DNA of 63,553 bases, the filler included, from Phoronis australis (taxonomy: Eukaryota > Animalia > Phoronida), in assembly GCA_002633005.1 (NCBI GenBank). It is 10 parts of 10 records of this genome, joined end to end, with 100 filler letters (N's around TTAATTAATTAA, not from the genome) between each part and the next. Parts side by side here need not be neighbours in the genome. Positions count along the whole stretch, not along the records: positions 25,743 to 29,780 come from NMRA01002734.1; positions 29,881 to 38,267 come from NMRA01000543.1; 8 more parts are not named here. One strand, 5' to 3'. The translations under genes were made by a program, and so were the position numbers. Below the pieces are notes generated by a model that was not told the origin of the DNA, did no database searches, and saw nothing but the letters and a program-made list of their open reading frames with translations. Of this stretch, positions 25,743 through 36,867 are shown piece after piece. Numbering within the stretch: position 1 is the first letter of the stretch; the number at the start of each line of letters is the position of its first letter.

Positions 25743-28700
25743 TGGGTGAAGAAGGGAAGAAGGGACGGAAGGAGAAGAAGAAAAAGAAGAAACATAAGAT
25801 ACACGGTCTAGACGCTGATGGAGAGGGTCATGTGAGTATACATATCAGGGTGTGGGTAGAGAGATGGGTGATGGAGAGGGTCATGTGATTGTACACGTCA
25901 GGCTGTGGGTAGAGAGGTGGGTGATGGGAAGAAAAGGTGGATGAAAAGGAAAGAAGAGACTGACTAGTACGGATGCTTATGTCAAAGGTCACATGAGTAT
26001 TACATTTGCTGGACCAGGGTTTGATGAATAAGTTAAAATTCATATTAAACAGAATTTTTAGTATGTCATACATAGAAACGAATCATGATCTTGGATTTGG
26101 TTTTATGAAAATTTCCCAAAGTAGCTTTAGCTTGGATTCTCTTATAATTCTTGCATACAAATTTATTCGGTGTCCGCAGAAAAGTCGAAAAGTCATTCCC
26201 AATCGAAAAACCAATGACTTGAGTGTGTTCGGAAAATTCAAAACTATATGAAAACTTGTAAATCTTGCTAGTTTTAATTCAAAACAGTTCCAACACTAAT
26301 CACAAATAGTATAGCAAAGATTCAGGAACCTTATTATTACGCACTGTGTTGTAAATTATGAGATGGATGATGGGACGGGAATTTGGAAGACAAAGGAGGA
26401 AGAAGCGAGAAGAACAAAAATGGTATTAGGGATAAAAATTAGGCATAGAAAATGAAGAAGAAGAAAAAGAAGCACATTCCGTAATGTTTGAACTCTAATG
26501 GAGAGGGTCAGCTGAGTTTGGCTCTCATGTACAAAATGAAGCATACTTTGTGTTGAAACATGTTTTGTTAGTGACTGGACAGAACCAACAAGTACATGAT
26601 TATACTAAACAATTACAAAGTCACGCTGTTTGTAGGGAGGTCGCTACCTGAAGATAACGCGAACATTCAGGAACGAAGAGGGCAAGTTATTCACAAGAAC
26701 AGAAAAAGTGAGGAAATCGCTCATTATTGATACTTATGTCCGAATACGACAGACTAAGGATGATGCCTTCATGTGAGTGCTTTCTGGTTATGTTTTGTTA
26801 TCACTGATATTTGTGGTACTGTAACTGGTGATGTGGAAGAATGAGATATTTTTATAAACTGAATCTTTGCATATTTAAGAAATCTGAGTGTGTCCTAACG
26901 TCCATTATATGTTTTTGAGAGAGGAACATGATGAAGCGGGTAGACTTAGATAGATTAGAGAGAAATTTTCAAACTTTTTGGTCATCAATATTCAATTTGG
27001 TACAGCACGACTCATAGAAAAGACTTTTTGTGATTTTCTGTGCACTCCAACTCAACCCATTTTTTAAATGTTTTGCAATTCTTTGTAATCTAAAATTTTC
27101 TTAATTTTTCATTTTGTACATGAATGTAATCTTAATTCCCAATCATTTAAAGCTGAGCAAATGTCTATTTATCATTTTGTCATTTTGCAGTCGCATACAG
27201 CATAATGAAGTTCTAATTTATGGAATGGGTCATTGATTTTTAGAGCTGTTTTTTTTTTCAATTTCAGCAAAAATCATTTCTCCACACTTGATGATCAGCA
27301 GAAGGAAGAGATGAAACGAGAGAGGCGAAGGTAAGGTATTGTTCTTATCAGAAGGTAATGCTATGTTTAATTCAGAAGGTAAGGTATTGTTTAAGTCAGA
27401 AGGCAAGGTGTTGTCCTAGTCGGAAGGGAATGTTTTGTTCAAGTCAGAAGGTAAGGTATTGTTCAAGTCAGAAGGTATGGTATCGTTAAAATCAGAAGGT
27501 AAGTTATAGTCCAAGTCAGAAAGGAATTTAACAGCATTCATTTCTCTCAAACATACTTGACATTTTGATGATGTTTAACTTGTTCCAGCCCTCACATAAT
27601 GTTTTTGATTTACAGGCAGGCTGTGAATTATTTTATGTACTGCCTGGTAGATGAGATAACCAGTTTAAAAAATTTGACTTTTACAGCTGTCGCTTTCATA
27701 ATCAGGTCGTTAGCCCAGATTTAGCTAAGATGATTGTAACCTCAATGTTAATTTGCATGCTGTTCGTTACATGGCTTGTGAATGCAGTCGTTAAGTTTGA
27801 GTATGAAAAATTGTCAACTTTATTTCAATTTCGGTCCTCTAAGTAGGAAGTATTGCATTGGCAGTACCATGCCACGACTGTCTTAGCCACAGCTGGAATT
27901 ACATCCTCTGATGAAATGGGACCCTGACCATTTGGTGTCACTGATGGAACGGGTCCACATTGGGCTCTGTCAATCTTCCCTCACAAGGGTTCATCACTGA
28001 TCATTTTGTGTTGGTACAGATCAGCTGTTGCATTCTGCTTGTCCCCTCACTATCATCCCATCACAGTTACAGCATTGCATTTTGGATGTATGAAACAATT
28101 CAGTTACTTTTTGTTAGTTTTATGTGTTAGGTGCATAAAGGAGAAGGTTAACTTTGTTTTTATACAAGACTGTCAATGTTTCTTGTGTTAACTTTGAAGA
28201 TGATAGCATTCATTTTGTAGAATTCAAGAACAGTTGCGACGCATTAAGCGTAATCAGCTGAAAGAGAAGATGGCAGCCAACTCCCCTGTCAGTTCAAAGA
28301 AGAAAAAGAAACTAAATGAGAAACAGCTCAAGGTACTCACTTTGTTTTCTGTTGTGGATTTGATTCATCTTGAAACTATTTAGTATTCTAATACTTCTCC
28401 AAAATCCAAAGACAAGAACATTGTGCAAGGATCTCGTGATGATGAAAATATAAAAGTTAGTTCTGTGAATCTTAATAACAATTTGTATCACGATTATTTG
28501 TTCTTTTGTTATTTTGGGCTGAGATTGAGAAACGCATTATTAGTTTTTATCATCTCTTTCAATATGGTGAATCCACATGAAAATTGAATTTTTTCAATGA
28601 ACCTGAAGCTGTCTTTTCTCAAAATCCTTACCCAGATAAAAATGCTGTTGTGACATTCCATCAGGAGCATCACTAGCATATCCCCCACTGTAAACAATCC

Positions 28701-29677
28701 GCCCCGCCGCGAACAATGTGCCCCGCCGTGAACAGTATGCCCGACCGTGAGCAATGTCCCTCACCGTGAGCAATTTTCCCCATTGTTGGCAATGTCCCCC
28801 TCTGTAAACAATGACTCATTGTAAATAGTACCCCCCTCTGTTCACAGTAAAGCAGTTTTTCCTCAAAAGTCACATTTCAAGTGAAGCATCACTTAGATAT
28901 CCCTGCGTCATTCACAGATGCGGTGTGGTGCGTGCGGCGCCATCGGTCACATGCGCACTAACAAAGAGTGTCCCATGTATAACAAGACGATGGAGGAGTC
29001 AAAGCCATCAGTGCCGGTGGCCATGACAGAGGAGCAGGAAGAGGAGGCAGAGAAAAGTCTGGAAGTGGATCATGATTTGATCAACGTGGACGGCACCAAG
29101 CTGATTATCTCAAAGAATCTCGTCGAACAGTGAGTTACACAGAAATATATCAAGGGATAGATTTATAGTGTCCCCTGTGTCGGGCTTACTTTTAACTCGG
29201 GTCCTATTAAATATCTGGAAATTGTGGTTACAATCTAAATTCAGGTCATAGCTTTCGAAAATTAGAATCAGTTGTTTTTGATCTAGATTCGGGTTGTATA
29301 GTTATTGGCTAATAATCTGCTTAAATAGACAAGACTGTAACAAATGTATTCTTGATGATCAATGCAGAATTAACAAACAATTAGACTAAAAGACACAAAT
29401 CTCAAAAAGTGCTCAGAGCTTCAGTAACAACTTGACTGTTCAATTGTCTAATTTATTTTTGATTTCTATCATTGTTTTCTGACTTCCCCAGCGCACTGAA
29501 GCACGATTCACACTCAAACATTAGGCTTGACAAATTCTCAATTTCCTTTATTTCCCATTCAGTGCTGAAAAGGTGAAGAAGAAGTCGCTGGTGCTACACA
29601 TTCCCAAACAGGCCGTCCATGAACCTAAAGCCAAGAGACGGCGGCTGGGTAACAAGGCTCACTGTGATTATTTAGAG
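25743..29677 (+). CDS. TAF1: TFIID subunit 1, internal exons 25743-25831, 26636-26772, 27268-27330, 28221-28332, 28918-29129, 29563-29677
   Basis: [46 protein letters not shown]..zinc knuckle [45 protein letters not shown]; all phases consistent. Confidence 0.97.
27327..27522 (+). repeat. 24-bp minisatellite (AGAAGGTAAGGTATTGTTCAAGTC)x8 starting at a TAF1 splice donor
   Basis: Donor-equivalent positions at 27331, 27355, 27379, 27403, 27427, 27451, 27475 and 27499. Confidence 0.9.
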
Positions 29678-30172
29678 GTATGTTAGTTCTATGTCATAGT
29701 TTTTGATAGTCATGGTGGCGCTGTGTATTTCTCCCTTGTTCACTTTCAACTTAAATTGTGTTTGTTTGTGGCAAGTGCATNNNNNNNNNNNNNNNNNNNN
29801 NNNNNNNNNNNNNNNNNNNNNNNNTTAATTAATTAANNNNNNNNNNNNNNNNNNNNNNNNNNNNNNNNNNNNNNNNNNNNATAGAATAAGGATGTCACAC
29901 CATTGTGTTTATGTTTAGTTAGTGTGAAAAGTTGATCAATATTGCTGCATGTTTTCACATGTTCTTTGCATTTGTGGTGCTTATGACAGCTTAGTATTCA
30001 AGCGTGGTGTGAGCCATGATGACTGCACTTTCATTGTCAATCACTTCAGAATACATGAATGAATGACATGCATACAAGAGGTTTGTAGTTGATGAATGTC
30101 AAACTGACAAATTCAAGTCTTCGTCAAGGGAACAGGGACAACTATGAGCGCATGAATGCTGAGTTGACTCGA

Positions 30173-30326
30173 TCTTTGCACATAAAATGATTTATCAGTT
30201 CACACTGATTTCCATGGGGGCCCTCAGTGGAGACCATTCTTTGCACATAAAATGACCCATCAGTTCACACTGATTTCCATGGGGGCCCTCAGTGGAGATC
30301 ATTCTTTGCACCTAAAATGACCCATC
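30173..30326. repeat. 65-bp tandem repeat, ~2.4 copies
   Basis: TCTTTGCAC starts at 30173, 30238 and 30303. Confidence 0.9.
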
Positions 30327-31129
30327 GTAACAAGTTGACTCCTGTGAGCAACAATGAATCATCAGTTCTTTACAAGTCCAGAAATCACCTCTGATTTGAC
30401 CAAAGATCTATTACAGTAAGTAATGTAAATCAAATTTTCCTTTTCATGACGAGATGGCTGTATTGCAGATTTATGTTGTAAGTGCACATAACTGGTTATT
30501 CTTTGTTAAGAAAACTTTGAGCAGTAATGCATTGAACAGTAATACATTCGCTTTTGTAAGAAATACTTGAGCGGGTTTCAACTTTTGTTTCAATTATGTT
30601 TTAAGCTGCATTACACCTTGGCTTTAAACAAGAATCATATTGGACCCTTGAAAGTAATTTTTTACCACGTAGGATTTTACTTATAAGAATCTTGAAAAAT
30701 CTTCAATGTTTATTGGGATTGGCCAACCCTAAAACTCATATTTGAAAGCAATGTAGACATTGTTTGTGACTTCAGTTGGAGCTAATTTGGCAACAATTCA
30801 AGATCGGATGGGCATGGCAACGTTTTAATCCTCAAAGCACTTCGATAAAGAATTTGGCATTTGTGAAATCTTACTTTTTTGGGTGGAAAACGCCCATACT
30901 CTCCTGCTATTCACTGAAATTTGTTTTGGTTCACATGCACTCTAATATCTGAATGTTCCTGTTGTTCCACGTAATGTACTCTTGTCCAAAAACTACTTGG
31001 AAACATTCCTTTAATCAGCAAATTGGCATCTAGTAACAGGGACTGGAGGTGACGAGTTGTGCAGAAGTTACGAGTTGTGCAGAAGTGACTAGTGAGGCAA
31101 CTTGTAGTGGCAACATGATGTCTTCCATT

Positions 31130-32462
31130 ACAAGAGCAACGCTGAGCGTTGAAATGCGCCCATGAATGCATCGCAAATGGTGTGCTTTTAGGGGTGTTTG
31201 TATCATTGAAATTGCCACAAGATGGCGCAAAATAAGTCAAATCTATCTGAAAACCAGAAAATGCCGTTTCTTTTAAAGAATTTCATTTACTAAATTTCAT
31301 TAAAATTCGTCGAGGAACTTCAGAACACTTACCAAATTTCATTAAAATTCGTCAAGGAACATCAGAGAAACAGAGGAAAACGAAAAAAAATGAAATTGCC
31401 AATAGGGAGCAGGGTGTTCTTCGGATCCGTAAAAATGTCGTCATCTTCTCGTGTTAACTTCACATCGTGATGAAATTTAATAATCTCCTGCAGAGAGCTT
31501 AGGAGATACAAACACCACTAGGCAGTGCCACAGAAGTCGAAATCATTGGAAAATTATCGTCAACCGTCCCCTTCATAGAAAGAACACACATGCCAACTTT
31601 CACAATCATCCTAAGCGTGGTTTGGTTGACAGAGGGACGGATGCCAAAAAACAGAATCGAAAACAACAAAAATGGCCACTAGGTGGTGCAAACTATGTCG
31701 AATCCATACGAAAACGGAAAGATAGCGTTATCTCACTAATAGATGTCTATGTGTCAAATTTTATAGAAATCCTTGAGGACCTTTGAAGATACAGAGGTAA
31801 ACGTAAAAAACTAAAATTGCCACTAGATGGCACACCGATACACCAATCTGTCCGAAAGTTGTCGTCGTCCATTGCAACTTCATATAAATACATTTGCTAC
31901 ATTTGATAAAGATCCTGTAGAACGTTTAGGAGATAAAGCCATGGGCGCAAAAACAAACAAAACTACCACTAGGAGGCGCCACAGTAATTGAAGTCGTCGG
32001 AAAATCATCGTCAACTGTCTTCATCATAGTACGAACATACATGCCAATTTTCACAATCACCCTTAGAGTGGTTTGGTTGTTAGAGGGGCGGATGCCAAAA
32101 AATGACTCGAAAATAGTAAAAATGGCCACTAGATGGCGCAAAATGTTTTGAATCCATCCTAAAACGGGAGAATAGCGTCAACTCATTAATAGATGCCTAT
32201 GTGCCAAATTCCATGAAAATCGTTTGAGGATCTTTGAAGATACAGAGGTGAGCGTAAAAAACTAAAATTGCCACTAGGGGGCACAGCGGTATTCGGGTCG
32301 GTCTGAAACTCGTTGTCCTCTGTTGTCAACTCCACAGGAACATATCTGCCAAATTTCAATACGATCCTGCAAGGGGTTTAGGAGATACCGCCGCGGATGC
32401 CAGACGCCCAGACCGAGATGACGGCAATATGCGACCACATATATGTGGGCGCATAATTAAAA
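31130..32462 (-). mobile_element. Non-autonomous Helentron (HINE) with internal ~150-bp CTCF-motif repeats
   Basis: Terminal hairpin CAACGCT-G-AGCGTTG, subTIRs ATGCGCCCA / TGGGCGCAT, stem-loop ATGCGACCACAT-AT-ATGTGGGCGCAT, A/T-rich end, about eight diverged repeat units. Confidence 0.75.
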
Positions 32463-32505
32463 TCTCTTGGTCTATTTACACTGACCTCTTGTCTATTTAC
32501 ACTGT

Positions 32506-32547
32506 CACGACATTTCGGTCAGTCTATTCTCCGGCCATCGTCAGGTG
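32506..32547 (-). ncRNA. Minimal type I hammerhead ribozyme motif (Penelope-like remnant)
   Basis: Minus strand CAC-CTGACGA-T-GGCCGG-agaataga-CTGACC-GAAAT-GTC-GTG: canonical CUGANGA and GAAA, GUC triplet, 3-bp stem I, stem II with one mismatch. Confidence 0.6.
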
Positions 32548-34373
32548 TTCCCGCGTTCTAATAGAAGAACAAGCACTGATATGTGGTACACTCGTGAGAT
32601 ATGAGAATTCTTCAAAATCCGAGACCTTCCCTTCTAAATTGAATTGGAAATGTTGGCAAAACCACCGTCACATTTTTCTGGCCTGATATTTTTAATACGT
32701 GTTTCATCTAGTGCACTACAGTCGGAAACTAAGTGCTGCAGCTTGGTTCCTGAAGTTTGTGAACTTGGGAAGAAAATAAATTGACAGAGTTCAAGTATTA
32801 TATTGTGAAGTAAATCCATCACCCAGGAAAATAATTTGTTATGTCGTTGTTATAACAGAAAACACTGTACATGGCAGCTGCTCTACTAACAAATAAGTTG
32901 CCATGACCAAGTGGTACATGGATGTGACTCATGACTGTTAAAGCCAGCTGCAATGGAAACAAAGGACAGCAAAAGATATGTAAAACCTTATCTCATGCTA
33001 AACAAACATTCCAGTACACAAAGGAGTACAAACAGGACCTACATTTCGAAGAAAATATTGCCTTATTGTGATTGGATGAGTTAAAGATAGCACTGCCCGA
33101 GCCTGTTCATTTTTTCGCTGTAGTCAAGGAGACAACCAAGCAAGCAGTTTGTTAAGAACAGACAGTCCTTCCAAAACTGTAAGTATTTTATGAATGTTTT
33201 TGGATGAACCAGCATCCAAACTTAACACAAACGTGTACAATGACATTTTTAACACAACGTCTCATCTTTACAACATAAATGATGTTGAATACTGGGTGCA
33301 TTGTAATCCAGTTTCAGGTTTCACTGATGCTGCACAAAGGAATCATACTATCAAGTCAAAGATTTCAATAACACAAGATCTGGAATGGGCTCAAATCCTA
33401 GCAATGCTATTTTTTGGAACTCAGAACGTACAAATTCAATGTTGCATGTTCGTGATTCCAGTAGCTTGAATGTCATTGTCTTCAACAAGATACGCTCTTA
33501 GTGGTCAATCTTACACCTGCAATTTACTTTTGTTAAAACATAAGATATAGGGCCTATACTGCTGATAAAATCAAAACAAGAGTAAACGGACCAATGACAA
33601 GACTGATCCAAAATACAAATAGCCTCGATCTGACGATTACCATTCCCTGAACAGTAATGAGAAAGAAAGTTTATTGTTTGCCAAATTGCAATGATGTCAC
33701 ATAAAACAAATTATATTTTTTTACCCACTGACAATCAATAATACTGATCGAATCACTCGTGTTTTGACCAGGACTCTCTACACTATAATGAGGTAGAAAT
33801 GTTTATTATATATAACAACTGCAATGATGTTATCAACCTCATTTTCTTACCAAGAATATGTAAAGTATATACAGAGTAAAATATCATGTCTTCATGACAT
33901 TAAATGCCAACAGAGACAACATTGTTGGGCATTTACTATGGTCATAGGTGAGTTTAATTAAGAGCTAGGCAAGACCAAAAAATGTTGGCACAGAGTTTCA
34001 TGAAAATCTTAATTTCAAACAAAATTATGGTTGGTTCCCTCCATGAGACTTCCCAGCTAAGACAAAATCTGAAATTCAAGTCTATTTGAAAATAAAACTT
34101 CAATGTGTCTTAAGTGTGATCCAAGAAAGTGATCTTAAGTTTGACTTCAGTTTTTGAAATAAGTTTTGTCTTAAGTTTGATTAACTTCCTGGATGTGGAA
34201 GTTCCAAAGTATGGAAGTTGAGAGAAATCTTAGATTTAAGTAAAAAATGAACTTATATCAGTTTCTTGGAATGACCAGAACCTACAATGCTTTTTGGTCT
34301 CATGTTAGATGTATACGAACTGTCATTTTGAAAATACAAACGTTCTTTCAATATAAAGTCAAGTCTCTTTCTT

Positions 34374-34778
34374 AGAAAACGGACAATTGCAGCACAAATA
34401 AAGAATATTGACACTTGTTCTCCTACTGTATGATGTCTTGTTGAATAAGACGAAACGCCTACTGTATGATGTCTTGTTGAATAAGACGAAACGTTGAGTT
34501 ATCTTGAACTTCTGTATGATGACTTGTTGAATAAGACGAAACACCTACTGTATGATGTCTTGTTGAATAAGACGAAACGTTGTTATCTTGAACTTCTGTA
34601 TGATGTCTTGTTGAATAAGACGAAACGCCTACTGTATGATGTCTTGTTGAATAAGACGAAACGCCTACTGTATGATATCTTGTTGAATAAGACGAAACGT
34701 TGAGTTAACATGAACTTCTTTATTTGTGCGGCAATTGTCCGTTTTCTAATCGTACTTTGGCCAAAAAATGATGTGATT
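34374..34778 (+). mobile_element. Non-autonomous Penelope-like insertion containing seven tandem hammerhead-like units
   Basis: 12-bp direct repeat AGTCTCTTTCTT at 34362-34373 and 34779-34790; 34-bp inverted repeat (33/34) at 34372-34405 and 34716-34749; 29-nt tail; cores CTGTATGATGTCTTGTTGAATAAGACGAAAC at 34426, 34462, 34512, 34548, 34596, 34632 and 34668. Confidence 0.7.
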
Positions 34779-35864
34779 AGTCTCTTTCTTGCACATGACA
34801 CACCTTGTTTTTGAAATCTGGTAGTGTACACATGCCTATCCTTTGAATGCAGTGTTCTCCACGGCCTGTTTTAACTCGACGCTGTAACGAGTTTGGATTT
34901 TGCCGCGTCGAGTTTAGAAAGTGCTGCGTCAGGTTTGAACTTTTGTCCTGACTTGGTATTTCAGCCCTCAACACTAAAGCAGTGCCAGATTAACCAAACT
35001 CGAGCCCATTACAGAACTTTAGAGGCAATCAACACCATATGTATAACTTCGTTAGACACTACAAGAGTTTTAATTTCAATTAACAAAATCTGCAAAAATC
35101 TTTAAATAACAAACATTTCATGGAGTCACCTAGCTTGCTTAATTAATGACTAATCTACTTTGTCATTCTAACTTTAAAATTTTGCAAGTCAATCTGTAAA
35201 AAAGCAATTTAATTTGCTTAATAAAGACAATTTTGATTTTGACTGACATCTAGTGGCAAGTTAGAACTTTATGAGCTTATTAAACTTGACAACAGGTGTC
35301 ACTAAAAAGTAGGTCACATCAGAACTCATGTTAGTAGTACTTAATATGTCTAATTGATATTAAAATTGGCATTGGTATTATTAAAGGAACTTTTGATCTT
35401 TTGTTTGCTGCTGTGGGTCTGTCAAATGCTTTGGAGGAATTATGAGATGCATTGGTAGGAAAGCTAAACTTTGAAGTGTCTAAAAAGTAGGTCACACCAG
35501 TGCAGTGTGCACTTTTAAACCATATATAAATACCTCCAGCATGACCATCCTTATGATAAGACACAAGACAATGTCAATAACTGACATTCAACATTTGCGT
35601 TGAGTTTGGAGTTTATAATGTGGAGAACACTGTCTCGGATTTATCTACTTACACTCATTTAACTCATCGTTACATAACTCGCCTTTCCTTTGGTCCTAAT
35701 GACATGCATGTACTTGCACATAAATTGTCACTCGGGTAAGTCATCATTTTCGTCACGTTCCCGAAGTTGACGAGTTAAGGGGGTTAAGAGTGTGTCGGTA
35801 AAATGTCACTAATGTCTATGGAATCTTCATTTACACATTACCTGACCTTGTGTGTCTCATCTAG

Positions 35865-36050
35865 GATGCCCTCGAAATTTTGGAACTACATGCGGAACTG
35901 CGGAACGATCCAACCGTCAAAGACCAGACGCGTGCCCTTGCGTTTCGTCGAGCCGCCGCTGTACTCAAGTCCTTACCTCAAACTCTGGCTCATAGATCTG
36001 ACTTGCGAAGTCTCAAGGGGATAGGAAGCCACGCTGAAGCTGTTATAAAA
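35865..36050 (+). CDS. Single exon of an X-family DNA polymerase (Pol mu/TdT-like), 8-kDa domain
   Basis: AG|DALEILELHAELRNDPTVKDQTRALAFRRAAAVLKSLPQTLAHRSDLRSLKGIGSHAEAVIK|GT, 186 bp, phase 0-0; resembles the POLM/DNTT EALEILAE..FCRAASVLKALP..G.G segment. Confidence 0.8.
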
Positions 36051-36867
36051 GTAAAAAGTCTTGGAGTAGTTTCCTGAATCTTGAGCGATCAACTCAATAA
36101 AAAATAAGTAAAAAAATAACATATTATATTGCATATTAGAAAAACTCCAATACCCCAGTACCCCTCGCAGACTCAAAAGAGAACAATTTTGGATAGATAA
36201 ACTTAACACACTNAATATCACCTGTTAGCATGCAAAATGGCAATAAAATGAAAACTTAGTCTGTCAAGTTTCCCAACAAAAAATAAATAGTAAGAAAATT
36301 TTAGCCTATTAATAACCACATTTGTATTGTATAGATGTTATAAAATATCTGCAAAATTTCCCATTACTTCCAACAAGGTTTGGTCATATTTTGAAAAAAA
36401 ATTTTTGTAGTCATTTTTGCGTGAAATAAGAGACGAATTGCCGTATAATTCACTAAGTGGTAACTCAAATCAATGAATCCAAACAATAAACTGGCAAGAC
36501 AAGTAATCATTAGAAGAAATTTTAACTAACCATGCAATACAACAAGGTCAATGATATCTGGTTACATATTAAGCACATGCAGGTATTGTGAAATTGGAAT
36601 GAATGTTATTTCAAGGGGTCTAAATTCTGCAGGAGATTAAGCAATGCTTATAAAACTTACTTTATGCATACTGGTAACATAGGGTTGCATTCCTTCAAGT
36701 AAAATTATGTTAAATATGACGTTGTGTTTCATAAAAAGTCATTTTTCCTACTAATTTCTACATTTTTTTCCGTTTCAGAATTGATCACACTCATAAACTA
36801 GACACAACAGACAGAAAACTCTTTAATCCTCACTACATCTGCGCATCAACAAGTTTGCACTTCAAAG

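Noticed and set aside
34426-34706. CRISPR array (hairpin repeats ending in GAAAC)
   Set aside because: Intervening sequences are 4-18 nt and themselves repeated, no cas genes are present and the context is eukaryotic; a hammerhead/Penelope reading fits better.
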